A DNA stretch of 64,000 nucleotides from Octopus vulgaris (GCA_951406725.2 OX597817.1:92442001-92506000), one strand, 5' to 3'. Numbered from the stretch's first letter, positions 41,452 through 55,264 are shown. Numbers and translations are program-made. The notes: generated from the letters alone by a model not told the origin.

Positions 41452-42623
41452 TCATCGTCATCATTTAGCGTCCGCTTTCCATGCTAGCATGGGTTGGACG
41501 GTTCATCTGGGGTCTGGGAAGCCAGACGGCTGCACCAGGCCCAGTCTGATCTGGCAGTGTTTCTATGGCTGGATGCCCTTCCTAACGCCAACCACTCTGT
41601 GAGTGTAGTGGGTGCTTTGTATGTGCCACCCGCACAGGTGCCAGACGGGGCTGGCAAACGGCCACGGACGGATGGTGCCTTTTATGTGCCACCGGCACGG
41701 GGGCCAGGCAAGGCTGGCAACGGCCACGATCACGTGGTGCTTTTTACGTGCCATCGGCACGGAGGCCAGTCGGGGCAGTGCTGGCAACGGACATGGTCGG
41801 GTGGTGCTTTTTACGTGTCACCGGCACTGGTAACGCAGCTGCAATTTCCATTGATGTTGATCGACTTCGATTTTGGTTCTGATTTCTGATATCTGATTTG
41901 ATTTGATTTGATTTCCACTTGCCTCAACGGGTCTTCACAAGTGGAGTTTTGTGTCCCAAGAAGGAAAAGTATGCATAAGTCGACTGGCTACATCCCAGGT
42001 AGAGGCCACGGATTATGGTCTCACTAGTCCTGCCGGGTCTTCTCACGCACAGCATACTTCCATAGGTCTCGGTCTCTAGTCATTTCCTTGGTGAGACCTA
42101 AAGTTCGAAGGTCGTGCTTCACCACCTCGTCCCAGGTTTTCCTGGGTCTACCTCTTCCACAGGTTCCCTCAACCGCTAGGGTGTGGCACTTTTGCACACA
42201 ACTATCTTCAGACATTCTCGTCACATGACCATATCAGCGCAAACGTCTCTCTTGCACACCACAACTGATGCTTCTTAGGTCCAACTTTTCTCTCAAGGTA
42301 CTTACACTCTGTCGAGTATGAATACTGACATTACACATCCATCGGAGCATACTGGCTTCATTTCTTGCGAGCTTACACATATCCTCAGCAGTCACAGCCC
42401 ATGTTTCGCTACCATGTAGCATGGCTGTTCGTACACATGCATCATACAGTCTGCCTTTTACTCTGAGCAAGAGGCCTTTTGTCACCAGCAGGGGTAAGAG
42501 CTCTCTGAACTTTGCCCAGGCTATTCTTACTCTAGCAGTTACACTTTCAGCACACCCACCCCCGCTACTGACTTGGTCACCTAGGTAACGGAAGCTATCA
42601 ACTACTTCTAATTCTTCTCCCTG
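41448..42623 (-). mobile_element. 5'-truncated RTE LINE, copy 2
   Basis: EVVDSFRYLGDQV..AMLHGSETW..GRPRKTW; same 3' UTR and (gat) tail as copy 1. Confidence 0.92.
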
Positions 42624-42842
42624 ATATACATATACACATACATATATACACACACACACATATGTATATCTACATATACATATAGATAGATTCAGATGAA
42701 TATGGTACTTAAGTTGAGGCACCAGAATTTAGTATGGTATTATCCATACAATTTCAAAATAAGGTGATTAAAATCAAAACAAGCAACAAGGATCCTTGCT
42801 GCTTATTTTGATTATACATATATATATATATATATATATTTC

Positions 42843-43069
42843 ATATTAAGGACATTACTATACATAAATGCCTCATGCTATGAGGGACTCTTAAAGTCAA
42901 AACTACCATAATAAACACATCTTTACCAAATACAATGGAATGCATCTCTCGAAGCAAGCACCAATATTTGCATTCTTTCACGTTCTGTAAAATGTGTTTA
43001 TTATGGTAGTTTTGACTTTAAGAGTACCCCCTAGCACGAAGCATTTATGTATAGTAATGTCCTTAATAT
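42843..43069. repeat. Fold-back with ~100 bp inverted arms
   Basis: atattaaggacattactatacataaatgc.. and its reverse complement; the element is flanked by (TA)n. Confidence 0.9.
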
Positions 43070-43184
43070 AAATAAATATATTTAAAGGGAATAATTAATA
43101 ATTTTTCCCTTATGAGGTTTTTCACTCTGACTACTTGATAAATTCTTATAAATATTTTATCCTATTTTAAAATTATATATATAT

Positions 43185-43391
43185 AATGTGAGGTATGTTT
43201 GCCATCTCAATATGGCTAACCACTAAGGGTGGGTGTTACTGTAGCTTGTAGCCCCAGGAGAACATCGTCTCCAGCTGGCTTTAGGTACACTTTCTAGCCA
43301 GCTGGAGACGATGTTCTCCTGGGGCCATAAGCTACAGTAACACCCACCCTTAGTGGTTAGCCATATTGAGATGGCAAACATACCTCACATT
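43185..43391. repeat. Near-perfect palindrome (96 bp arms, 15 nt loop)
   Basis: 43185-43280 is the reverse complement of 43296-43391 with two mismatches. Confidence 0.95.
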
Positions 43392-43435
43392 GTCGTGCAG
43401 TTACTGTTTATACCACGTTCAGAGATTTATTATTG

Positions 43436-43477
<42 letters not shown>

Positions 43478-44039
43478 AAAGTGACGTTGTGTGTGTGTCC
43501 GTGGAAACCCACGTAACTTCTGAAGCTTACAAATGATTTTCTTGAAACAGGGAACATACATAACTTATGTTCCAGAGATTGTTTGAGACCCTTAAAATTT
43601 TTTTTACATAACTCTTTCTTGGGTTATAGGAACAAGGGAGGTAACTCTTTGCAGAATAACTTTCAGAAATGGATTGTGTCTCTTACATCCCATGGTCAAA
43701 AACTTATCACAATCTCAATTGGCTGTTTAAAAGAGAGCAATACTGGCTCAAAAAAAAACTGCACTGTAAGTAAAATTAATGAGCAGCTGGGTTTATCTAA
43801 TGTTCAGAGTAATCAAATGCAACAGGTGGTAAGATGAAAAGCTGCTTGTCACCAAGTGTAATGATTGGTCGGATGTATAATAGATATTAGGTCACCAAGG
43901 ATGTAATGGATGTTTTGGTTATTTTCAAAGTGCTTTGAATAAATGACAGAAGAAAATAATAGTTGAAATGCCCTTTATTTTACTGTTATAGTTTAAAAAC
44001 ATCTGCTCCGAGTTGTCATTTATACAATAACTTTAGTGG

Positions 44040-44370
44040 GCACAGGTGTGACTGTGTTGTAAGAAGCTTACTTCCCAAATACATGGTTCCGGGTTCAATC
44101 CCACTGGGCAGCACCTTTGGCAAGTGTCTTCTACTATAGCCTCAGGCCAACCAAAGCCTTGTGATTGGATTTGGTTGATGGAAACTGAAAGACACCCATG
44201 GTGTATGTGTGTCTCTATATCTATGTATGTGCCTTTGTGTTTGTGTTTGTCCCCTATCACTGCTGGACAACTTGTGATAGTGTGTTTATGTTCCTGTAAC
44301 TTAGCAGTTCAGTAAAAGTGACTGATAGATACCAAGCTTAAAAAATAATTACTGAAACAAGTAAAAAATA
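44040..44370 (+). mobile_element. tRNA-derived SINE
   Basis: Homologous to 26456-26862. Confidence 0.8.
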
Positions 44371-45932
44371 TAAGAAAGAATTTCTGTTGTCCGTTTCATA
44401 GGTAGTTTTTGGATCTGTTGGTGACTGTCAGGAGATGGAATGAAGATGGAGAAAGAAAGAGTAAGAGAATTTACCTCAATGGATTGATGAGTAGAGATAG
44501 TGAAAGCTATATGGTCTCTCATTCGCATACCATGAGGAGAGAGATGTTTCTTTGGCAAAGGAGCTGAACAAAAGAGAGAAAGGTGTTTCTTCAGCAAATC
44601 ACCAGGTGAAAGAGAGATGTACTCCTTCAGCCAAGGTGCCGAGTGAAGGAGGAAGAATTCTATTTAATGTTTTGTATTTATACACATGAAAAATTAGAAG
44701 TAGGTTGGAAAAAAAAAACAAAACAAGGTTAATACATCTACCTGAGATGAATTGAATTTAAACTAATGATGCTCAGGAAAACAATAAGACTTGTTTTAGT
44801 ATGACAGTTGACTATCATAAATTTCTTAGTGCAGATGTCAAGAACAAATGAAAGGAATATATAGATAACTGTAGACTAAGGTCTCAATTCCTGGCAAAGA
44901 ATACAAGAAATAATTTGCTTCACATGCAATGAGACTTTGGTAATGTGAAGAAATCTTCCTAACTTCTTAAACATTTGGATGTCTTTCATACAACACACAT
45001 TCTTACATGCATTTCACACACACACACACACACAAATACACCCACCTGCACACTACACCACACACCACTGTATATGCATACACCATCATCTCCCCACCAC
45101 ACATGTTATTAATACTAGTTCACTAAAACCCAATTTGTTCTTGTTTTTTTTTTTATACAATATTTTGTAAAGTCTTCTTGACATAAGCAGAAATCAATAT
45201 ATATTTAGATGATTTATGATTCAGCTACAGTTGTTTGACAAGCTTTACATACAAATGTAACATCTAAACATAAATGTAGATGCAATAAGAGCACATGCTT
45301 TGTCCTTCAATAACCATTTTTTCTATATAGAATATTTTCAATAAAAATCAGTATCCATGACATATGAAGGGCTGTCTTACATACAGGTGAGACTGGTGTT
45401 GTTAATCTTCAGAAGGTCAGAACAACTAGGTAACAGGTGGGTGGACTGCTTGTTTCTTGATTCACTTCTTTAAAATCCAAGAATTTCTCTGTTAGTTTCT
45501 TCCATGGTTGTTAGCCTGAAGTCTTAAACAGAGTTACAACACTTGAGAAACATTTGATCATGGCTATCACTAGTTAGGGTGATGAATAATGATATTTAAT
45601 GCTGAGGCAGCTCTGATTGAGCAGATTTGAGAATGAGAGATCTCTATGTTGGAATATCAGTATAGATGGTGATGCTGTTAAGTCCTAAAGCCATTCCAGC
45701 CTAGTCTTTTTCTATATCATCAACTACATAGTCCAATCTATCCTTTATTTCAGTTAGTGGTATGAAATTTGACTGCTATTTCTACCAGGTCAAGTAACCA
45801 TGTTGTGTCTCCCTTTCTGGAACTATGATGCATGTCTATCTTTTCCCTTTTATTTTTATTTTTCTTTGCTTTTTGGCTTTTGTCTCACAACATACTAAAA
45901 ATATCAGTTATTAACTGGTAATGGAACTATAA

Positions 45933-45933
45933 A

Positions 45934-45995
<62 letters not shown>

Positions 45996-46560
45996 AATTA
46001 TTGTATACAGTGCTCAGGTGCACCACAACTTATCAAAAGTGCGTATAAAGTATATGCAGTAATGTACAAATGTCTGGAAAGCGAACAGTGTATGAGTCAG
46101 ATACATGCTTGTGTGTATATGGAGGGGGGAAAATCAGGTGTAGTGTTGGAAAATATCAGGAAGCAAGGAAGTTTTGAAGGATGCAGTGCTCCGACAACTA
46201 GCAACTGATGCTGGCAGTCTGTTCCATGCTTCAGCAACTCTTAGCGGGAAAAAATGTTTCCGAAAGTCATGGGAGCTGTGCTGTTTTCTGACTTTGTAAA
46301 CATGTCCACAGGTGTTAGACAGGTGGAGTCTGAAAAGGTGCTCAGAGTTATTGTTTGTAAGATGATTAATAATTTTATGGGTGTCTACCAAGTCAGCTGC
46401 CAGATGTCGGAGTTTCAATGTGTCCATGCCCAGAGAAGTAAGGCGTTCAGAATATGGCAAATGCCTGATGGAGGGTATTCTCTTGGTTGCACATCGCTGA
46501 ATGGCTTCCAGACGATTAATATCCTGGGCAAGATAGGGGTTCCAGACTGGTGATGCAATA
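45933..46560 (-). mobile_element. CR1-clade LINE 3' end with (TTA)n tail
   Basis: PYSERLTSLGMDTLKLR..RKHFFPLRVAEAWNRLP..FKTSL; (aat)n at 45933-45993. Confidence 0.88.
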
Positions 46561-46959
46561 AATAAACAGTCTTAACTTCCATATGTTTAACTGAAAATTA
46601 TTGATCTAGGTGAGGACTTTATACTTGACAAATTTCAAAGCACACAAAAGATAGGCCACTGCAGAAGAGGTATTGGGTCTAGACATAGCCTCAGTAAGTT
46701 GAGTTCAAATCAGGTTACATATGGACATTGTATTTATCTTTTAGTTGAAAAATATATATAACAGTTATAGTTCATTTTGTGCTATGCTCTCATTCTCATG
46801 TAAAGGAGTCAAGGGAAATATTTGGCAGTCACTTGACCTGCTAAGAGATAGCAGCCAAATCATATCCTACTAAAAAAGACTGTGGGATTATGTAGTTTTT
46901 GATATGCCTGCACTAAAAATAAAATATGGGGTAAACACAGCTGAAATATTGTTAATCGT

Positions 46960-47290
46960 GGTCATAGGACTGCTATTTTGATTCTCAGACCAGGCATTAT
47001 GAGTGTTTATTGAGCGAAAACACCTAAAGCTCCAAGAGGCTCCAGCAGGGGGTTATGGTGAACCCTGCTGTACTCTTTCACCACAACTTTCTCTCATTCT
47101 TTCTTCCTGTTTCTGTTGTACCTGTATTTCAAAGGGCCAGTCTTGTCACACACTGTGTCATGCTGAATCTCCCCAAGAACTATGTTAATTTCATGAATCT
47201 CCTCAAGAACTATGTTAATTTCATGAGCAGGCTGTTCCATTGATTGGATCAACTGGAACCCTCGTCGTCGTAACCGATGGAGTGCCACAA
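46960..47290 (+). mobile_element. Chimeric SINE
   Basis: Head as in 60560-60730; tail as in 12465-12570. Confidence 0.75.
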
Positions 47291-47427
47291 TAGTTAATCA
47301 TGGATTCACTTTATGAGACCAGGGGAAGAGAAAGTAAATGTTTCATACACCCCATTTCTCCTTTATAAAAATATTGAGCTGTGTACCTTGTCAAACTAAA
47401 TTATAATCATTATTATTATTTTTATTG

Positions 47428-48070
47428 AAGGTAGTGGGCTGGCAGAATCCTTAGCACACTGGGCAAGATGTTTAGCAGTATTTCGCCCATCATTACATTT
47501 TGAGTTCAAATTCTGCTGAGGTCAACTTTGCCTTTCATCCTTTCTGGGTTGATAAATTAAGTATCAGTCAAACACTGGGGTCTTTGTAATCAACCAGTCC
47601 CCTTCCCCAAATTCCAGGCCTTGTGTCTTTAGTAAAAAGGACAATTATCATTATTACTATCATTATTAAGGTAGTGAGCTGGCAGAATCATTAGCATACT
47701 GGACAAAACGCTCAGCGGCATTTTATCTGTCTTTATTCTGGCAAGATTAACTTTGTTTCATCCCTTTGGGTTTGATAAAATAAGTATCAGTTGAGGACCG
47801 AGGTTGATGTAATTGACTTACCCCCTCCCCTGAAATTGTTGGCCTTGTGCCAAAATTTGAGATCAAAGGCGGCGAGCTGGTGAGAATCATTAGCACACCA
47901 AGTAAAATCTGTCTTTACATTCTGAGTTCAAATTCTGCCAAGGTCAACGTTGCCTTTCATCTTTTCAGGGCCGATAAACTGAGTACCAGTGAAACACTAG
48001 GGTTGACATGATTGACTAGTCCCCTCCCCCAAAATTTCAGGCCTTGTGTCTTCTGTAAAAAGGATTATTA
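47428..48070 (+). mobile_element. Three head-to-tail SINEs
   Basis: Units start near 47428, 47668 and 47868 (g.gctgg.agaatc.ttagca); (tta)n tracts lie before unit 1, between units 1 and 2, and after unit 3. Confidence 0.85.
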
Positions 48071-48084
48071 TTATTACTATTATA

Positions 48085-49445
48085 ATGAACATTTTTCCTT
48101 GATATCTGCTGTATTTACACTTTATCTACAAGGTGCCACTTTAGTATCTGAAATAGATAACTGATATAATGTTCTTAGAATATTGGGTGATTATATCATG
48201 TTGAGAATTGGATAAATTTTTGAAATGCATGTCTACATATGAGTGCTCACTAAAGCTTCTAAAAAATTATGAAATTTAGCAATGTCATAAAATGTGAGCA
48301 ATGTCCATTAGCATTATTTTCTGTATTTCTTTTATGAATGTTTTTTCTTTGTATCAAGTCTACAGAATTTTTCTGTTTCTTTCTTCTGAGTGCTTCTATG
48401 TTAACAAGTGTTGTAGCCGTTTTCATTTCCCACATTTTGCTGATCTCTATATCTAAATCGTTGAGTTCTTTAACTGTAATATTGTTGTCTGTGGGAACAG
48501 CCATATCAGTTAGGAAACAAGTTTTATCAATATGATTTTTTTACTGTTATATTAGAGTGATTTTCCAAGATAGTTCTATTGGTATGAGATTAGTGATGGG
48601 ACCAATCTCAGCTACTAATTTGGGAAGATGTTCAAACCAGTTTTTAATCCTTTCTTTCACATTGTTCTTGCAGATTTTCCAATAAATATGTTGCCCTTTT
48701 TGATCATATTAGTTTTTATACTATTTGGCAGCCATTAACCCTTTAACATTCACATTATTCTGTCAAAATTAATGCTTATTTATTTACATCATTTTGAATT
48801 AATTATGCATTATATTGCAGCTTTGAGATTTTGATGAGGTAACTGTTAATTTTTAGAATGATAGTGTAGGGCTGGCATGAGAAACCAGATCCGGCCAGTT
48901 TAAACATAAAACAGGTAGAATATTTCAGCTGGATATGGATGGTTTAAATGCTAGAGAGTTAAAGAACATCCTGAGACAAAGTAGTCAGTTGTTTCTACCT
49001 GGGTGTTACATAGCCTATGCTTTGAGTCTGTTCCATTCCTAAGAATCTTTGTCCAGTAACTGTGGGTTATGAATATTGACCATGAGCTGCAATGATAAAC
49101 CTTCAGTTTCGGCTTTTAACCTGGCATTTTGCAACCAGCTTCATCAGTGCATGTTACATTTTGGCTGTGTAAGAACTTATATTTTGGCAGGTATTGTTTT
49201 ACTTATTCTAATTCCTTCTCTTTTGTCTTTCATTTGATTATTTTTGTAGCTTGAGTTGGTAAAGTATCTTTTGTCTTAAGGTCTATATTTTCTGAATTTA
49301 TAGTTTTTTTTGGCTTCTTTTGTAACAGGGGACTTAGATTTTTTTATTTTCATGGTTTTAAATCAAGGCCATCATCCTGTCAGTTGTAGTATCAATACTT
49401 CAAAAACTGATGGCAGTTGTTTTAAAAGACATTTTAAGTAAAATT
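48085..49445 (-). mobile_element. R4/Dong-like non-LTR retrotransposon 3' fragment (restriction-like endonuclease)
   Basis: LKAETEG, SGCSL, IYWKICK and AVPTDNNITVKE..DIEISKMW; ends next to a (taa)n tract. Confidence 0.75.
48739..48958. mobile_element. piggyBac-type MITE
   Basis: TTAA|ccctttaacatt ... aatgctagagag|TTAA; same TIR family as 10709-10866. Confidence 0.85.
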
Positions 49446-49609
49446 AGATTTAAGGTACCTTTGTGCAATGTGAGGATTTTTCTGGTTTTCACATAATTCT
49501 TTTGGTGTTCTAGAGAGTTCAGGTTTAGCTAGACTATTTGCTGCATTAAATCGGTTTTGTGAGTTCAGATCCATTTTAAGGATATAACTTATTCTTCTGT
49601 AATACTTAG

Positions 49610-49775
49610 GTACAGGCATAGGTGTGTGGTAAGAAGCTTGCTTCCCAACCACATGGTTCCAAGTTTAGTCCCACTGCATGGCACCTTAGACAAGTGTCTT
49701 CTTCCATAGCCTCAGGCTGACCAAAGTCTTATGAGTGGACTTGGTAGATGGAAACTGAAAGAAGCCCTTTGTATA
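49610..49775 (+). mobile_element. SINE 5' half
   Basis: Head homologous to 13262 and 26700-26862. Confidence 0.8.
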
Positions 49776-50790
49776 TATATATATATATATGCTGTTAAGT
49801 ATATGTCCAGTCATAGAGTGACCAGTGGTCTTGCTTCCATAAAGAGCTTAGCCCATGGACAACTAAGCCCTTTGTTGGTCATTCTATGACCAGACATATA
49901 CATAACTGTGTATAAATATGTTACTGCTCTATGCTTTAGAGTGTGCTACTTTTCCAGATATATGATACATTGATAATATGTGTGTGTGTGTGTGTGAATC
50001 TTTGCATCTGTGTTTTCAGGGTACATAATACCTGAATAAAAGAGACAGAATGGCCATAGACAAAATATCTTTGATCATAACCTCTCATTGGTGACACAGA
50101 AAAATATTGTCACCTAAAAATATTATTGCTAAAATCTCATCAAAAGAAGACTATCCAATTTTCTCTTTCTTGGGCATATTCTTAAATCAACCTCCTGTTT
50201 TCCAAACATTATGACATTTTTATCCCATCGTCAATACTATAACTCAATTTTATTTTATAAAAAGTAAAAAAGTTTCACAAATTTTACAAACTTAGTGTAA
50301 GTAAAACTAAAAACAATTGAAAGAAGGGATGTTATTCCTGTTTTTTAATTATAAAATAAGTAAAATGGTTCCTACTGAGAGAGGCAATTAAGTCAATAAT
50401 TGAAAATTACATATCAGAGTGGATGATGTGTTGACAGAGACAATGAATAGATATGATATATGGATGACAAGTAAATGAGTCCACAGATTTTTATGAGAGA
50501 ATATTAAAAAAGAAAGAACCAAACAAACAAGACATTTTTACTTGTCATAATACTAATAAATAATCTTGAAAATTGTGTCACTTCCGCTTACATTTCAAGT
50601 ATATGAAGGTTTTCGTTTCTCAATTCTTCAATAATATAAATAGGTTTTTACAAACATTCTCACTGAGATATATGTTAATAGCAAAGTTAACATTACTAAT
50701 ATTCCACAGTTAATATATCCATCCTCTTCAGAGCTTTCAAATTGTTAAAAGTGTAGTGAGGGATATTTTACAGAATTTTTGGAGAAAAAT

Positions 50791-50850
50791 ATGTTACAAC
50801 TAGTGGTCAAAATTTACTTACTTCTTACAACAGAATTTATCCAAACAGTG
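50791..50850 (+). CDS. Candidate first coding exon of an unknown small, possibly secreted protein (MLQLVVKIYLLLTTEFIQTV)
   Basis: ttttacag acceptor ending at 50773; aaaaatATG; GTAAGT donor at 50851; phase 0. Confidence 0.5.
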
Positions 50851-51257
50851 GTAAGTTTAGTTATTTTCTTCACTACAATCATTTTTCTTCTTATCTCACA
50901 TTGTTTAGTTTAATAATAACAAATATCAGACAATTTGAATGTAACTGACATTACACTCTCAAAAGTAATAGTTGACAACTCTTAGACAAACAGATGTCAC
51001 ACACATAAAAATTTGTGACTTATTTCACATTTCTGATGACTAAGAACTGCTTTAATATGAAATACTTAACTAAAACTAAAAGCTTTTTCTGAAAATATTT
51101 CATAAAAATTAATTTTTATAATGATTAGTTTAATACTTCTTGATAAACTAAAGTTTACTGACAGTTTCATGTATAGCTTGTTTTTACTACTACACCCTGG
51201 AACATCTTACATTTTTTGTAAGCAGCATGTTTCAAGGTTCAAACTTACAATTCTGAG

Positions 51258-52620
51258 CGATTGCTCTGCTCACATCAGATACCACTGAGATGGTACTGTT
51301 CCTGTATTGAAATTGTCAACTCACTATACAGTGCAGCTAATACCAGGTTGTAAAGCCCTCACTTTATGATTTTTAAGAAAGATATTCACTTTGTGATGGG
51401 TGGATAGATTTAATGTGAAACAGTCATTACATGCAACAGAATCAGAAGAAATGGTAGTGTGTCAAACAAATGCACTGCAGTATTTAGTTACAGTTCTGAG
51501 TTCAAATCGAGCTGAGGTCAACTCAGCTTTTCATCCTTCTAGTTTCAGTAAACTAAAGAGGCAGTTAAATACTGAGATTGATTTGTCATTACCCTGATCT
51601 AGCATTTGTGACCTTAGCAATGTTAGAAATCTATTTTCCAGTTTATCCACGCTTACAATTACACTTATTCATGGGAACTATTTGCAACAAAGCCGAATAT
51701 ACATCACTGAACATAGTCACTTGATATTGCTAAACAGAACATTGACAGGAAACTATAGTCTTTTGAATTTTGATCTAAAATGTTCATAGGAGCAATGGAG
51801 TAAATAGATAGAGTTTATGGGAATATATCAGAGTAGTTTCCCTTCTATACCATCATACGTAACATGCGCACGCGCACGCATGCACACACACACACATACA
51901 CACACACATGCGCGCGCGCGTGCACACACACACACACACACACATGCACGCACACATCAAAAATGATTTCTCTGGAATACAGAACTTTCACTACAGTCAT
52001 CAGTGTATACTATCAGCTTCTGTGTGTGAGGATGCTAACAACAAAATATTGGGATCTAGGCAGCCAGAGATTGTTCTGCTCACATCAGATACTATGTTGG
52101 CACTGACCCAGTATTACAATTGTCAGTTATACAGTGCACTGAATACTACATTGTAAAGCCCCTACCCTATGATTCCTAAGAAAGATATTCACTTCATAGT
52201 GGATGAATAGATTAAATGTAAAGCAAACAACAGTCACTGCAAGCAGCAGAATCAAATCTAGGACTTAGATTCAGTAGTAGAACTAGGAGCTTTCTGTTAT
52301 TTTCTCTTGGCCACAGTAGAATTTGAACTTAGCATTATTTGTTAATGAAATAAATTGGGAGAACTGGTAGTGTGTCAAACAAATGCACTGCAGTATTTAT
52401 CACAGTTCTGAGTTCAAATCCAACTGAGGTCAACACCACTTTTTATCCTTCTATTTTCAGTAAAACTAAAGAGCCAGTTAAATACTGAGATTGATTTAAT
52501 TGTCAATACCCTGACCTAACATTTGTGATCTTAGCAGTTACAGAGATCGATTTTACCATTTTCCATGCTTATAATTGCACCTACTCATGGCAACTAATTG
52601 CAACAAAACTGAATAGACAC
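51258..52620. repeat. Old local duplication (~51258-51700 vs ~52068-52620)
   Basis: Collinear blocks ctgctcacatcagatac, ttgtaaagccc, aagaaagatattcactt and tggtagtgtgtcaaacaaatgcactgcagtattta. Confidence 0.85.
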
Positions 52621-52783
52621 AGTAAGAATGTTAGCAATAGACATATTATAGTCTCAATAACTTGAGTAACATCTCTTTTGTTATTTATCCAAAACCTAAC
52701 TAATACCGTCACCACTGAAAAATGTATCAAATGTTACAAACTGCATCATTCACTGATTTGGTTTCAAATTCCTTCAACTACAG

Positions 52784-52850
52784 ACTATCCCTGTTCAGAA
52801 GTTACCACCAGATATACAGGATTTTGTCCAGCAGAGTTACTTCCTGAAAG
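52784..52850 (+). CDS. Candidate exon 2 (TIPVQKLPPDIQDFVQQSYFLK)
   Basis: ctacag acceptor; AAG|GTAAGT donor; open in phase 0 to 1. Confidence 0.55.
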
Positions 52851-53339
52851 GTAAGTCATCAATTGTAATTGTGATCCTTAATGCTGCTACCATACACATG
52901 TATACACAAAGGTCTATGGTATTTTATACAGACAAGTGACATATTTTGCACAGTACAGATTCGACACATACAAACACTAGATGGCATTCACTGAAAAGAT
53001 TATTTAATTTATTGACAAACCTCCATTCACCAATACATTACAAACATTTGGCCAATCGATCTGTTGTATCTACTCATTGTCTTTTACAATGCTACCACCA
53101 CATTTTCTGTTTCTCAAAACTAACAAGTTGTGTACCAAACTATCTCTCTCCTTCTTGGCATCTCTACAGTGTCTCAAAACCCTGGTCTAAACATTTAGTC
53201 CTCTCCTTCTTCAACAGTACAGCAACCCTTGCAATTCCCTCTTTGTCCATCTTAATGTTATTTAACTCTATATTAATTCTAATCCAGCTGACTTATGAAC
53301 AAAAATGCTCCAGCCATAACCATTATCTTTATCTTATAT

Positions 53340-53902
53340 ATTTTACTTGTTTCAATCATTTGACTGTGACCATGATGGGGCACCATCTTGAAGAATTTTT
53401 AGTTGAAACAATCGACCCCACTGCTTATTTTTTTTTTTTAAGCCTCGGAGTACTTCTTTGATTGGGTCTCTTTTGTCAAAGCACTAAGTTACAAGGACAT
53501 AAACATAACAACCGGTTGTCGAGGAGTGGTGGGGGAGAAACACAGACACAAAGACTCACACACACGTGTGAGTACATGCACACATGCACATGCACACATG
53601 CACATGCACACATGCACATGCACACATGCACATGCACACATGCACATGCACACATGCACATGCACACATGCACACATGCACATGCACACATGCACATGCA
53701 CACATGCACATGCACACATGCACATGCACACACACACACACACATGATGGGCCTCTTTCATTTTCCATCTACCAAATCCATTCAACAAGACTTTGGTCAG
53801 CCTGAGGCTATATTAGAAAACACTTGCCCAAGGTGCCACACAGTGGGACTGAACCTGAAGCCACATGATTGAAAAACAAGCTTCTTACCACATAGCCATG
53901 CC
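53340..53902 (-). mobile_element. SINE with expanded internal (TGCACA)n-type minisatellite at 53575-53745
   Basis: SINE head at 53750-53902 and tail at 53340-53550. Confidence 0.85.
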
Positions 53903-55065
53903 ATTGCTACTCTTATTTAGATACAGTATATCCAGGACTACATTATTTAATATGTTCTTCCATTTTAAAGATAATTGGTGGGACAGAAGGAAAAGCCAAC
54001 AACTGCTAGAATTAATAAAGCATTAGATATTAATAACTCTATATATACAGTGTTCAAGCAAAATTTGACAGGAAAAGAAAACATAATATCCCATCCAAAA
54101 ATAAAAGTATTTAAAAAAATCAATAAATAACAACTAGATTATGATTGGAGATAAATATTTACTCAAAGGAGCTTTTGTCACCTTCCACCATGATCTCAAG
54201 ATAGCTCCAGAACATAGTGCATGCATTCCTCTCAGTGGAAGATCTTAGACCATCTCCTTGGTCTTGGTCACCAGCTTGGCATTGGTGTTGCAGGCAGAGT
54301 GGTTGGTGTCTTTCTCAACCATGCCCCATACACAGAAATCCATGGGATTACAATCAGAGAATTAGGAGGCCAGAAATTGGGGCTGGTGAAGTTGTAGAAA
54401 TTCTCCAATAATCACTTCCGACTCTTTCTGGAAGTAGAACAAGGAGCTGAATCTTACTGCCACACACATATGGTCCTCCAGCAGCAACCCTCTCCAGCCA
54501 GGGTTTGACCAGTCTCCATCAGTTTCACATAGCTACTTGAATTGAGACTAGGACCCTGTTCAAATATGTGGAGATAAATTCCATTTTATGGATGTTGTCA
54601 GAATGCCTACCATGTCCCTTCCTGCTGGCCATGGCTTCGTAGTTTCCATTGTAGCTGTCCACATCACAACTGACAGCCTTTACAGATTTCACAGCATTGA
54701 GCAGCAGTCATGGTGTTAGTATTTTGGCACCTGGTGTAAATCATCATGATACATATAACTCTTTTCCAATATTCAGGTCACTTCCAGTCCACCATGTCAG
54801 CTATTTCTCAGCTACAACTTCAATTTTTATGCTCTCCAATGCCATTGACCTTTTACCAATACATCAAACTTTCTGAAAAAAGGTGACACAAGATATTGTC
54901 AAATTTAGCCTGAACACCCTATATGTCTGCTACTACTACTACAACCACCACCACCACCATCACCAAACCACCACTACTATCACGACTTGCACCACCACTT
55001 CCACTGCCATCGCCTCTACCACTACTGCTGCTGGTACTGCTTCTGCCATCTTGTCTGTGATTGAC

Positions 55066-55083
55066 ACCACCACCACCACCACC

Positions 55084-55173
<90 letters not shown>

Positions 55174-55183
55174 GCTACTACTG

Positions 55184-55264
<81 letters not shown>

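Noticed and set aside
53462-53872. His/Cys/Met-rich ORFs resembling metal-binding proteins
   Set aside because: They are translations of a (TGCACA)n-type repeat inside a SINE and are open in many frames on both strands.
54160-54890. Possible degraded LINE on the minus strand
   Set aside because: No motif could be read convincingly by eye.
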